DNA of 57,829 bases from a virus (IMGVR_UViG_2822641076_000001:1-57829), one strand, 5' to 3'; shown: positions 47,437 to 57,019, counted from the first letter of the stretch. Made by a program: numbers and translations. Notes: a model not told the origin generated them from the sequence alone.

Positions 47437-47928
47437 ATGTTAGAATCACGTTATGACAAGACCGACGGGTTTTGGAAATACCATGATGAGAATGGTGGCT
47501 TTCAAATAAGACATGTAACTAAGAAGCAATTTGAAGAGGAAAAATCAGCTTTACACAAGCTATGCAAGCCTCTGTCAGAGGAATACATTAGACATTTTGG
47601 TCTTACAGAATATCATATATGTACCGATAGAGATAAAATTGTATCTCTCATCAAAGAATTACAAAAGCGTGGTTATGTATTCTCTATGAATGATGAAGAG
47701 CGTCAGACTATCATATTAGAGCGGACAGCTTATTCACACGCTATGCGTTGCAGGTATTATCATCAATTAAAAGTGAAATACGCCAAACCGTGGGGACAAT
47801 ATCAATTCTTATGGGAATCAAGTTTTTACTTTCCTAAGAACAGACGTGTAAAATTCGGCTCAAAGTACCTGCCTCTACGGAGATATACAGAATCTCCATT
47901 TGGGTTGGGAAGCACATGCAAATTATAA
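47437..47928 (+). CDS. Hypothetical protein
   Basis: Start moved to MLESRY after the GGGAGATGTTTAAAATG leader. Confidence 0.65.
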   Translation: MLESRYDKTDGFWKYHDENGGFQIRHVTKKQFEEEKSALHKLCKPLSEEYIRHFGLTEYHICTDRDKIVSLIKELQKRGYVFSMNDEERQTIILERTAYSHAMRCRYYHQLKVKYAKPWGQYQFLWESSFYFPKNRRVKFGSKYLPLRRYTESPFGLGSTCKL

Positions 47929-47944
47929 AATAAGATGTTTAAAA

Positions 47945-48358
47945 ATGTTAGAGAGGAAGATTAAAATGGAATCAGCATCAAAATCAGCATTAGTATCACT
48001 CAGAGCAGATAATAAGATTTATATTATGGCGGACGAAGGGATGATTTCAGGCTTCGAGAACAAGCAAAAAGCATTGGATTTCTTCCAAAAGGGCTACAAC
48101 CAGTCTCATAGAAGAGGATATGAAGCTAGTATGTCAGCGTGTATAAACTACATAACATTCCAACCTGCAATCCATGAGATTAGTGAGGATGAGCTACAAG
48201 GGCTAGTAGAGCAGGGAGTCATTGTGCCTGAGACATTTAAGAGTTATAGATTAAATCATATCTCAGGAATGATGACAGGTGCGCTATGTACAGGTGAAAA
48301 CGCTGAAAAATGGCATGAGAGCGGAACATCACCACGATTAATTGAGGAACAATTCTAA
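47945..48358 (+). CDS. Hypothetical protein
   Basis: Start at MLERKIK or MESASK. Confidence 0.65.
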   Translation: MLERKIKMESASKSALVSLRADNKIYIMADEGMISGFENKQKALDFFQKGYNQSHRRGYEASMSACINYITFQPAIHEISEDELQGLVEQGVIVPETFKSYRLNHISGMMTGALCTGENAEKWHESGTSPRLIEEQF

Positions 48359-48600
48359 TGAGTGAATATGTTATTTATCTTTCCAGTGAAGAAACACCAA
48401 AAGATGTACATAACTCTTATGGATACTGGGGAGGAAAAATACTTTCTTCGGGTGGTATGCGCTACCCATCAATAGGTGTTTGCAGTGATAAAAAAGATGT
48501 GAAGAAATACAAATCAAAGAAGAGAGCCGAAAATATGGCTGAAAAGCTCGCAGACAGATGTTTCTATGTTCTATCTTGGGTAGTTGAAGAAATCGAATAA
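48358..48600 (+). CDS. Hypothetical protein
   Basis: Coupled TAATG start. Confidence 0.65.
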   Translation: MSEYVIYLSSEETPKDVHNSYGYWGGKILSSGGMRYPSIGVCSDKKDVKKYKSKKRAENMAEKLADRCFYVLSWVVEEIE

Positions 48601-48613
48601 CGGAGGGGTTTTT

Positions 48614-48898
48614 ATGCGTAAACAGATGTATCAAAATTATATTGAAAAACTAAATGAAGAAAGAGTTGACAGTTCCTCTTTAACAGTGGAGCGTATTAAA
48701 AATCTAGGTACTAAAGAATGCCTTATCTGCTCTACAAGCACAGTAGAGTTAGGAATAATGCATAAGTTAACTATAACGGAGACCAGTGTTATCGAGAGCG
48801 AAAATGAATATATCGTTTTAGATGCATTTGGATATATAATATGGACAGATGACGCAAAAGGTACATTTGATTACATACAAGGATTTACTAAAGAGTAG
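48614..48898 (+). CDS. Hypothetical protein
   Basis: RBS GGAGGGG before MRKQMY. Confidence 0.65.
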   Translation: MRKQMYQNYIEKLNEERVDSSSLTVERIKNLGTKECLICSTSTVELGIMHKLTITETSVIESENEYIVLDAFGYIIWTDDAKGTFDYIQGFTKE

Positions 48899-48912
48899 AG
48901 GAGAGTTTTAAA

Positions 48913-49119
48913 ATGAGTGAAGAAAAAGTATTTTTACATTGGACGAAAAGAGGATGGGATACACCAAAAATGTTTAGAGGTGTTCCATGCTGTGCAGAGT
49001 TTGAATCATTAGAAAAGCTAAAAAAGACTATGAGCAATTGTATTTACAATGGAGAGTGGGTTACAGACTCGAAAGGGAACGCTATCGACATAGATTTAGA
49101 GAGCATTTGTGCAGGTTAA
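48913..49119 (+). CDS. Hypothetical protein
   Basis: RBS GAGGAG. Confidence 0.65.
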   Translation: MSEEKVFLHWTKRGWDTPKMFRGVPCCAEFESLEKLKKTMSNCIYNGEWVTDSKGNAIDIDLESICAG

Positions 49120-49159
49120 CTTTGGATAAAATATTTATTTGATTGAAGGGGGACACATT

Positions 49160-49327
49160 ATGAAAAGATACAATATAACAATTGTTTACAGCAATGGGTT
49201 ATCAAGAAGCACATCTAATAACTCTCTCAATAAAGAGGAAGCGATTAATACTGCTTTAAAAACTGACATGGATGCAGAAAATATAATCTCTATCACTATT
49301 GTAGAGCATGTGAGAGAAGATATATAA
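49160..49327 (+). CDS. Hypothetical protein
   Basis: RBS AAGGGGG before MKRYNI. Confidence 0.55.
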   Translation: MKRYNITIVYSNGLSRSTSNNSLNKEEAINTALKTDMDAENIISITIVEHVREDI

Positions 49328-49335
49328 AGAGCCGT

Positions 49336-49557
49336 ATGACAAAGGAGACTCAAATGAACGGGAATAAAGTGTACAAGGGAAGTGCTTTAAAAGCTTGGTT
49401 TTTGAGCAAACCGAACATCAGAAGGATATTGATTCCTAGCGGTGATAGTTTTCACATCATGAATCTAGATGAAATCATTGATACTGACTACTATTTAATT
49501 ACACAAAGAGACTTCAACTCTATAACAATTGAAGAAGTCGAACTAATAACAGATTAA
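49336..49557 (+). CDS. Hypothetical protein
   Basis: 73 aa. The start may be MNGNKV. Confidence 0.55.
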   Translation: MTKETQMNGNKVYKGSALKAWFLSKPNIRRILIPSGDSFHIMNLDEIIDTDYYLITQRDFNSITIEEVELITD

Positions 49558-49577
49558 AGAATTAAGGGGAGATAATC

Positions 49578-50231
49578 TTGGAGAAGCATATCATTATTGA
49601 ATTAAAAGATAAGACAAAGTACACAAATCTTGAAGGTTTAGGCAATAACCTAGAAACAGTTGAGGAAATCAAAGAACAACTAGATAAAACAGGGGAATAT
49701 GTATTTCAACCCTTCGTAGGCGAACAAATTACTCTTAAAAAATCAGATATCAGAGCAATCCGTCACACTAAGAGCTATACATCTACTTCTTACAGTCCTT
49801 TTGGTAATTCATACAAGATTAGAACTCATTTCTTACCCGATGGTGCAGTTAATATTCATAAAAAGAACTCGCTAGGAAGAATTGATTCAACTCTAACACT
49901 TGATAGTAAGACTGCTTTGCAATTGGCTAGGGATATCTTAGAGAAAGAAGCCGAGAGGGAACAAATTTATAATATTAATCAAGATAAGCATGAGAATCTT
50001 CGTGATATTGATGAAATATTATCAATTGCTATCAGTCAAGACTGGGAAATTGATGCTACAAAGTCATATACAATGATTGGTTTCCAAAATGATAGATTTA
50101 AAGTAATGCTCCACACTATAGAAGGACATTACTCAATTCAAGATAAAGAAACGAACAAGGGGATTGTACATGACGTGAATAGCATAGATGATGGTGGTTA
50201 TCCCGAAATCTTCAACATGTTTTATAAGTAA
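49578..50231 (+). CDS. Hypothetical protein
   Basis: TTG start after AAGGGGAG. Confidence 0.65.
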   Translation: MEKHIIIELKDKTKYTNLEGLGNNLETVEEIKEQLDKTGEYVFQPFVGEQITLKKSDIRAIRHTKSYTSTSYSPFGNSYKIRTHFLPDGAVNIHKKNSLGRIDSTLTLDSKTALQLARDILEKEAEREQIYNINQDKHENLRDIDEILSIAISQDWEIDATKSYTMIGFQNDRFKVMLHTIEGHYSIQDKETNKGIVHDVNSIDDGGYPEIFNMFYK

Positions 50232-50239
50232 GTCACACT

Positions 50240-50275
50240 AAAGATAGAAGTAAAATTCTATCTTTTATTTTTCTG
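50240..50275 (+). terminator. Intrinsic terminator
   Basis: AAGATAGAA-GTAAAA-TTCTATCTT-TTATTTTT. Confidence 0.65.
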
Positions 50276-50347
50276 AAATAGTCCATTGACAGTGGACTTT
50301 AAGTGGTGCTATAATGAGTACATAAGATGAAGAGGAGATGTTTAAAA

Positions 50348-50779
50348 ATGAAAAACGAAATCAAAGCAGTAGAAGAAAGAATCGAATTAGCTAGTATGTT
50401 AAATGGGGTATTCAATGTTAGAATGAAGGGTAATTGGAGACCTCAAATAGAAGGTGCAAGCGTTATGACAGCGGAAAGTGTTGTTGAAGAGTTCTACGTT
50501 GAGTCAATTAGAACAGGAGAATACCACGGAAATAAAACAGCACTTCTAATCGGTACAGACTACCACAATAGAGAATTATCACTTCCTGTGAGTAGAATTA
50601 TTGATGCTCACAAAGTAGATACGGATGAACAAACTAAATTAAAAACATTTAATATAGCTTTAGATGTACTAAAGGAAACATGCACCGAGGACGATGCAAA
50701 TTATGCATTAGTCTTAAAAATGGCTAAAGAATTAGAGGATAAAGGGATTAAAGAATATATCCCAGTAAGAGCTTCATAA
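50348..50779 (+). CDS. Hypothetical protein
   Basis: Class A promoter plus the GAGGAGATGTTTAAAAATG leader. Confidence 0.72.
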   Translation: MKNEIKAVEERIELASMLNGVFNVRMKGNWRPQIEGASVMTAESVVEEFYVESIRTGEYHGNKTALLIGTDYHNRELSLPVSRIIDAHKVDTDEQTKLKTFNIALDVLKETCTEDDANYALVLKMAKELEDKGIKEYIPVRAS

Positions 50780-50856
50780 ATATAACAATTAGAATAGAGG
50801 AGGGGAGACGTTCCCCTCTTAATATAAATAACAAATAGCATTAAGGAGCATATACG

Positions 50857-52305
50857 ATGGACGATATTATTATGATGGCAAATCAGCAGATTACAGAAGA
50901 CGACCTATATCCTCTAACAGAGGAAAACATAGCATTATTCAATGAAAAAGGATATAAATTACCGACTCGTGAGGAATTGAAACGAGATGCAGAGAGTCAA
51001 GATTTATCAATTGATGATTTCTATTTATGCGATAAGATTTTTGAACCATTCTGCTACTGCAAGTTTCCTGTATACTTCGGCACAACATCGTTAAAAGAAG
51101 TATTTGGTCTTCATGGCATGACGCCACTGAAAAAGCATATTGAATGGCTTGAGGCACATGCAAATAAATTGCTTCATGAGAAGAAGGATTACTTTGGATT
51201 CCTAACATTCACTAATACGCATGTTAAATTCATGTTCATGAATAAAATGTACTGGGATGTTCCAGTAGAAGACCGATACGAGTTATTCATCGAGTTTTAC
51301 ACTCATGAGGACTATGGACACCATTTAATTGATAGAAAGTTGATACAGGATGCAGTTAAGCACCAACAAACAGCATACAAAGATGAAATGCTATCTCGAT
51401 TAAATGACACTCTATCAAATGTCGGTACAGATGAAATGATTACTATCTACAGAGGATGCGGTGATAAATCAACTGCTCCTACAGAATCTATGAGTTGGAC
51501 ACTAAGCCTTGATACAGCAATATTCTTCGCAATGCGTAGAGGATTAGATGGTGATATCTATGAAGCAAAAGTGAAGAAAGAACACGTTATCGACTATCTA
51601 CAAGGAAGAAACGAAGAGGAGATTCTAGCATTCCCTCAGCATGTAGAAGATATCAAGCCTTATAATATGATTAAAACAAATGAAGAGATTCGAGCAATGC
51701 TAGATGATGAATATGCAGAAGAGTATCACTTATACAAGAATACATTCATCTTAGATAAATACTTTGACAATCCTGAGGGTATTCATGGTACTCTACACTG
51801 TAAACGTGTATTATTCCACGCATTATCACTGTCACGAGCGCTGAATCTAAACATGAGAGACAGAGGAATCCTATGCAATGTAGCTTGCTTCCATGATATC
51901 GGTCGTGAGAATGATGATGAAGACAGAGAACACGGAAAGCTAAGCGTATTAAAGCACCATGAAGAAATCTCAGGTAGTTTCCCGTATACGTGTATTGACG
52001 TAGTAAATAGAGAAGATACAAGTGAAGAATATGAATTACATCATATGACGGATGATGAAGTTGATATTATCGAATTTATCATGGAGTATCATTGTATTGG
52101 CGATGAAGAATCAAAAGATGCTTTACACAATCTAAACTGGGACAATGAGAAAACCGAGAGAGCATGGAATCTATATGTGATTTTTAAAGATGCTGACGGG
52201 CTAGACAGAGTTCGTATCAAAGATTTGGATACTAAATACCTAAGAACAGCAGAAGCAAAGAATCGTGTACTATTTGCATACGGGTTATTAAAAGGAATTA
52301 AATAA
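50857..52305 (+). CDS. ADP-ribosyltransferase-like domain fused to an HD-domain phosphohydrolase
   Basis: TIYRG...SMSWTLS...NEEEIL (R-S-ExE pattern), then HGTLHCKRV...HDIGR...EHG...KDADGLDRVR. Confidence 0.7.
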   Translation: MDDIIMMANQQITEDDLYPLTEENIALFNEKGYKLPTREELKRDAESQDLSIDDFYLCDKIFEPFCYCKFPVYFGTTSLKEVFGLHGMTPLKKHIEWLEAHANKLLHEKKDYFGFLTFTNTHVKFMFMNKMYWDVPVEDRYELFIEFYTHEDYGHHLIDRKLIQDAVKHQQTAYKDEMLSRLNDTLSNVGTDEMITIYRGCGDKSTAPTESMSWTLSLDTAIFFAMRRGLDGDIYEAKVKKEHVIDYLQGRNEEEILAFPQHVEDIKPYNMIKTNEEIRAMLDDEYAEEYHLYKNTFILDKYFDNPEGIHGTLHCKRVLFHALSLSRALNLNMRDRGILCNVACFHDIGRENDDEDREHGKLSVLKHHEEISGSFPYTCIDVVNREDTSEEYELHHMTDDEVDIIEFIMEYHCIGDEESKDALHNLNWDNEKTERAWNLYVIFKDADGLDRVRIKDLDTKYLRTAEAKNRVLFAYGLLKGIK

Positions 52306-52484
52306 TACAAGCACCTTCAAAAGAAAAGATAACCAGTCCATTGACAATGTTTATTATGTAAAAATTATATACTTACAAAGAAAATAATTCCTCTTATGGG
52401 GTTTTATTTTTTTACCATGTAGTGCATTGACAGTGGACTATCAAGGTGCTATACTAAGTATAGAAATTGAGGAGGGGAAATGAC

Positions 52485-52712
52485 ATGGCTAGAAACAGAT
52501 TAAAAGAGCTTGCTAAAGACCTAGTATTCGTAAATGACAACCTAGAAAAAGATAACGTTAATGAATTAGATATAACAGAGTTAAAGGCGCATCAAAATCA
52601 AATCATGGACGAACTTATAAAAGGTGGATACAGCACCGATTTGCTAGTTCAATACATGAAGGAATACAGAGAAGTTCCCGTTGGTGGTTTTAACGAATGG
52701 ATTAACAGTTAA
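52485..52712 (+). CDS. Hypothetical protein
   Basis: Class A promoter and RBS GAGGAGGGG. Confidence 0.65.
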   Translation: MARNRLKELAKDLVFVNDNLEKDNVNELDITELKAHQNQIMDELIKGGYSTDLLVQYMKEYREVPVGGFNEWINS

Positions 52713-52825
52713 TGGTGCAGGTGAGAGCAATCTCACCTAAAATTTTAACAAACAGTGCATTGACAGTGGATTTTAAATTTGCTATAATGAATATAGAAAT
52801 TAAAGTATAAGGGAGAACGATTATA

Positions 52826-53407
52826 ATGACAGAGCTTAAATTTGAAACAAGAGAAAAGAAAGTCGATGAATTAACTGAGTATCATGTATTTGATGTAACA
52901 GGGGAGAACGAAATTTATGCAGGTTGTGTAAAGAATTTCAGATGGAACGCAAGCTTATCTGACGGTGGATTCAATAGACTTGAGCCATTCAATGCAAACA
53001 ATGAAAGATTAGGTCATGGTGGTGGAGAAGAAACCGACGTTCAAGAGTTAATTGATTATGTTAAAAGCGTACACACAAGCAATGTTGAGATAGAAAACAA
53101 GATAGCAGAACAATGGGAAACTCAAAGGGAAGATGCTCTAAGATTAGGTACTACCGAGGAGAAGTTTAAGAGATATCACAATGTTAGAAACTACGTTGAA
53201 AGAGTAGTTAAAGCAGAAAAGGATTTAGTTCACTTAAAATATATTCTTGATGAAATAGTATCGGCTTATGAGTCAGAGGCAATTGCGTCTATTCGTACTG
53301 AGGGAGTAGAAATAGTATTCAAGGAAGCAATTGATAAGCGTGAAAAAGAAATTGCAGAGATTGAAAGAGACATAGAACAAGTTACAGGATGGATAAAAGA
53401 GTATTAA
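52826..53407 (+). CDS. Hypothetical protein with a C-terminal coiled coil
   Basis: Class A promoter and RBS AAGGGAG. Confidence 0.7.
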   Translation: MTELKFETREKKVDELTEYHVFDVTGENEIYAGCVKNFRWNASLSDGGFNRLEPFNANNERLGHGGGEETDVQELIDYVKSVHTSNVEIENKIAEQWETQREDALRLGTTEEKFKRYHNVRNYVERVVKAEKDLVHLKYILDEIVSAYESEAIASIRTEGVEIVFKEAIDKREKEIAEIERDIEQVTGWIKEY

Positions 53408-53430
53408 ACCGAATAGAAGGAGTATTTTAA

Positions 53431-53736
53431 ATGGTATTGTGGGGATTTCAAGAAGTAGATGGATGGCACTTTTCAAAGAAGTGGAATTATTATCAAAGAA
53501 CAGAGGGGAGAGCAGTAGCTTATATACAGCAATATATTGGTTTCTACTGCCTCCAAGTGTATGAGCGTGGGTTATTGGGTATCTGTGATATCGAATATCG
53601 CACAGAGAGCTTCCAAGAAGCAGTAGATAAAGCTGTAGAGTTCTTAGAAACGTATAAGGACAAGAATAAGCATGATATGGCTAAAGACTATTGGAGTCCT
53701 CACAATACTCAAGGTTATTGGCAAACAAAGTATTAA
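53431..53736 (+). CDS. Hypothetical protein
   Basis: RBS AAGGAG. Confidence 0.65.
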   Translation: MVLWGFQEVDGWHFSKKWNYYQRTEGRAVAYIQQYIGFYCLQVYERGLLGICDIEYRTESFQEAVDKAVEFLETYKDKNKHDMAKDYWSPHNTQGYWQTKY

Positions 53737-53753
53737 AGAGAGAAGGAATTAAA

Positions 53754-54002
53754 ATGGGAATGCGTAAATGTGATTCATGCAACGGTTGGTACAATCAGCA
53801 GGATAAGGAGAAGCATTGTTGGTCGTGCCAAGAACAAGGTAAGGATAGACCAGAAATGGTACATTTAGTTTATGAAGAAGAAAGTGTTGGACATTCAAAA
53901 GTAGTATTCGTTAGAAGAAATGAAGTTGATGCTAAGGCTGACGTTGATTTCCGTGTAAAGCAAAATATTAAATCTTGGTATGAAACGCATTTCTTGCGAT
54001 AG
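53754..54002 (+). CDS. Small Zn-finger protein
   Basis: CDSC...CWSC. Start moved to MGMRK. Confidence 0.6.
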   Translation: MGMRKCDSCNGWYNQQDKEKHCWSCQEQGKDRPEMVHLVYEEESVGHSKVVFVRRNEVDAKADVDFRVKQNIKSWYETHFLR

Positions 54003-54044
54003 GTTGATAATATAAGAGTTTTATACAATAGGGAGGAATATATA

Positions 54045-54257
54045 ATGAATACAAATGAATGGAAAGTAGAATTTACGATAGGAGAAACAAAAATTAGTAG
54101 ATTAGCAGATGTATCATCGTTAGAAGCTATTCAAGAAGAAGGGAAGAGAGTCATGGTAGTCAATAATGCTGTAAGCAAGATAAAAAAGGATACAGGCATA
54201 AATCTAAGAGATATTATAGAAGACGTTCATTCAAATGCTGTAATAAGATTAGTATAA
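54045..54257 (+). CDS. Hypothetical protein
   Basis: RBS GGGAGG. Confidence 0.6.
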   Translation: MNTNEWKVEFTIGETKISRLADVSSLEAIQEEGKRVMVVNNAVSKIKKDTGINLRDIIEDVHSNAVIRLV

Positions 54258-54342
54258 AATTCTCATTTTATTTTAAAGGGGTTCTATAGGGGAGATATAG
54301 AAATAGCTATACATTCGATTTTCAAATAAGGGAGAGATACGC

Positions 54343-54555
54343 GTGGAGAAAAAAGACATTAATTTAATTATTTTGGTTTCAAATTTAAGCAAGTCTTTTA
54401 TAATTATTTGGGACACAAAGGACGGAATTGAAGTGATGGGTGAAGATGAAATAATTAACGAATACATCGAAATTCGTTTTACAGAATTAGATGAATTTAT
54501 GAAGTGGGGAAGAGAGTATTTAGCAAATATAGACATGAAATATAAGAGCTCTTAA
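54343..54555 (+). CDS. Hypothetical protein
   Basis: GTG start after AAGGGAG. Confidence 0.55.
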   Translation: MEKKDINLIILVSNLSKSFIIIWDTKDGIEVMGEDEIINEYIEIRFTELDEFMKWGREYLANIDMKYKSS

Positions 54556-54593
54556 AATAAAAGTCTGATTTCATGAAAGAGGGAGGTGACAAT

Positions 54594-54746
54594 ATGGAGA
54601 AGGAAAGAAAAGAAATAAACGGATGGAAATATTATCGTAGCGATGATGGAAAAATGGTTGCTTACCACAGAAGTGCAGGCGAACAATTAATTTTTGAAAC
54701 AGATGAAGCATTTGACAGATGGTTAGAAGCAGAAAAGAATGAGTAA
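54594..54746 (+). CDS. 50-aa protein (not in the ORF track)
   Basis: RBS GGGAGGTGA. MEKERKEINGWKYYRSDDGKMVAYHRSAGEQLIFETDEAFDRWLEAEKNE. Confidence 0.6.
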   Translation: MEKERKEINGWKYYRSDDGKMVAYHRSAGEQLIFETDEAFDRWLEAEKNE

Positions 54747-54762
54747 ATTTAGGAGGGATACA

Positions 54763-54924
54763 ATGGCAAGCCAAAAAGACTTTCACGAAGCGAAAGACGA
54801 AGTGTATAATGCTCTAGTCAAAGCAACACAGGATAAATATTTAAGTACAGAAGAAATCCTGCTGTTAATGAATGAAATTCAAACAGAAGTTCTTAGAAAC
54901 GCTATTAAAAATAAATTTCGATAA
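54763..54924 (+). CDS. Hypothetical protein
   Basis: RBS AGGAGG before MASQKD. Confidence 0.6.
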   Translation: MASQKDFHEAKDEVYNALVKATQDKYLSTEEILLLMNEIQTEVLRNAIKNKFR

Positions 54925-54951
54925 CGAGTGAATAAGGATGGTAACGGTTAA

Positions 54952-55275
54952 ATGAATGTAATAGAAAGCACAAATAAAAACGAAATATCCTACATGGTTT
55001 TAAAGGTAGGAGATGAATACTTTTGCGACGCATGGGAAGAGTGGGACGCTGACGTAGACAACTTTTCCTTCACAAGCAACATAGAGAGCGCATATAAGTT
55101 TTATGGTGGTCTATCGCCTAAATGGGGCAATACTCCGAAATACTTATGCGATGATAACGGAAAGATAATTGATACATTGGCACAAGCTCAAGAATATTTT
55201 GGTGGTGAAGTACTTGTTGTAAATAAAAAAGTAACTACAATAACAAGATTTGAAGTTAGCAATCTAAGTGATTAG
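54952..55275 (+). CDS. Hypothetical protein
   Basis: 107 aa. Confidence 0.6.
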   Translation: MNVIESTNKNEISYMVLKVGDEYFCDAWEEWDADVDNFSFTSNIESAYKFYGGLSPKWGNTPKYLCDDNGKIIDTLAQAQEYFGGEVLVVNKKVTTITRFEVSNLSD

Positions 55276-55310
55276 ATAAATTTCTGGTTTTAAATTAGGA
55301 GGTAGATAAT

Positions 55311-55526
55311 ATGGGTTCTTTGGAGATTACTATGACAATCAAATGTGGAGAGTGTATCACACATTCTAACTTCTCTTTAAGGCGTTATGGGATTGAAGAT
55401 ACTCTAATGCTTATAGAGACTATCAATCGCCATCATTTGGGTTATTTCAAAGCCAAGAAGACAAATCATAATGAAATTAACATCGAATGTACTCAATGTG
55501 GTCATGTGGATGAGCTTATCCTTTAA
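55311..55526 (+). CDS. Small Zn-ribbon protein
   Basis: CGEC...CTQCG. RBS AGGAGG. Confidence 0.65.
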   Translation: MGSLEITMTIKCGECITHSNFSLRRYGIEDTLMLIETINRHHLGYFKAKKTNHNEINIECTQCGHVDELIL

Positions 55527-55565
55527 TACAGGTCTGATTTCAAACGAATGGAAAGGTGAGCGAGA

Positions 55566-55838
55566 ATGAAAAAGCATCAAAAAGTAGAAACAATTGAACG
55601 AATGCTGAACGAACTTGGCAACGAACATAATGTTGGTGGTTTTAATGAGTACGACCAAGAAATAACTAATCTATTTGGAGAAATTTTACCTTACCTATCT
55701 CATGAAGGGTTGAATTTCGCTATGAATTACATAGAAGAAGCAAGTAAGGTTGGGGTTAATAGAAGAAAACCAATGACCATTGAAGATATGAAACAATGGG
55801 CAACAGATAATAATAGAAGACGAGGACTGAATGTATAA
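55566..55838 (+). CDS. Hypothetical protein
   Basis: RBS AAAGGTGAG. Confidence 0.6.
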   Translation: MKKHQKVETIERMLNELGNEHNVGGFNEYDQEITNLFGEILPYLSHEGLNFAMNYIEEASKVGVNRRKPMTIEDMKQWATDNNRRRGLNV

Positions 55839-55853
55839 AAGGAGCGAGTTGCT

Positions 55854-56288
55854 TTGCCAACATTAAAACTTTCTATTCCTGACCCAAATAAGCCTTGTGT
55901 CAGAATTAGTGGAATTAATTACAGTAAGAACCCATTAAACATACTAGGGGAAGTAATCCTTGAACGAACAGAGACATCAGGAGGATTAAAACAATATAAA
56001 GTAATGCAAACCGATTTCCCAAAGTGCTTCCCTCTAGAAGAGAGTTATTGGAACATTACCGATATGTTTTGTAATGCATGTAATAAACATATACATGATT
56101 ACACGGTGACTTGTTTAACAAAAGAATATGAAAAATTAAGACACAGCTCTAATTTTCCAGTATTCAGTAAGCATAAGTATAAAAATGGATGGAAAGTTCT
56201 TATTTACAACCCAAATGAAAAGAGATTGGATTTACCAATCAATGAATTAATAGACGAAGGAAAAGAAGTAGTAAAACTTGTGGTTTAA
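55854..56288 (+). CDS. Hypothetical protein
   Basis: TTG start after AAAGGAG. Confidence 0.6.
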   Translation: MPTLKLSIPDPNKPCVRISGINYSKNPLNILGEVILERTETSGGLKQYKVMQTDFPKCFPLEESYWNITDMFCNACNKHIHDYTVTCLTKEYEKLRHSSNFPVFSKHKYKNGWKVLIYNPNEKRLDLPINELIDEGKEVVKLVV

Positions 56289-56432
56289 ATATAAGTTTGA
56301 TTTCATATAAAGGGAAAACATAGCAATAACAAGTCAAAAGATTTCAACGCAGTTTTCTTTGCAGTTCTATCAAAATATGAGATTATAGGAATCTACAGAA
56401 TTAAATAAACATGTATTAGAGGAGAATACAGG

Positions 56433-56621
56433 ATGTATGGTCAAGTAGCTGAGGTTTTCTATAAGGGTAAAGTGTTCGACTTGTTTATCACTTGTACATA
56501 TCGTGATACACCTGAGGATTTAAGTAGAATGGGATTATATCGACTTACAACATTAGAAAAAGAACATCCTGAACTTACATTAGAAGAAATAGTTGAACTA
56601 GTTAACACTGAAAAACTATAA
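56433..56621 (+). CDS. Hypothetical protein
   Basis: RBS GAGGAG. Confidence 0.6.
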   Translation: MYGQVAEVFYKGKVFDLFITCTYRDTPEDLSRMGLYRLTTLEKEHPELTLEEIVELVNTEKL

Positions 56622-56637
56622 TAATTTTAGAAAGGAA

Positions 56638-57009
56638 ATGATAAAAATGATTAAAGAAGTAAGAGATGTAGTAGCTTATATAGTAGGACGATACATCAGC
56701 AAATTAAATAAAAGCAGTGTCTATTCTTATGAAGACAATAATTACATTAGTATTAGTGGTGATGTGAAAGATAATCAAATAAATGTTTTCGACCACAGAA
56801 CCAATAAACATATGAGTGGAAACGGTCGGAGTGGAGACTTCTCACTTTTCAACTACGCTACTTCAAAACATGTCAATATTAAATTTAATGGCGATAAGTT
56901 TTCGGGATACGATTACGATTCTTGCCAACATTTTAGCGGTGCAGTGAGAAAGAACTCTATTTCGCTTTATGATTACGAAACTTCCAGTTATTACGATTAT
57001 TCTCTATAA
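56638..57009 (+). CDS. Beta-rich hypothetical protein
   Basis: Repeated F/Y-x-Y-D strands. RBS AAAGGA. Confidence 0.65.
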   Translation: MIKMIKEVRDVVAYIVGRYISKLNKSSVYSYEDNNYISISGDVKDNQINVFDHRTNKHMSGNGRSGDFSLFNYATSKHVNIKFNGDKFSGYDYDSCQHFSGAVRKNSISLYDYETSSYYDYSL

Positions 57010-57019
57010 GGAGCTATAA

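Larger units (their letters stand above)
30324..52768. promoter_or_regulatory. Class A family: sigma-A promoters whose -35 box sits in the palindrome (T)CCATTG-A-CAGTGG(A)
   Basis: Cores at 30324, 37190, 38363, 40421, 40871, 42420, 44176, 45576, 50284, 52339, 52425, 52758. Nearly all have TTGACA-17/18-TA(T/A/G)(A)(A/C)T-like spacing. Confidence 0.85.
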
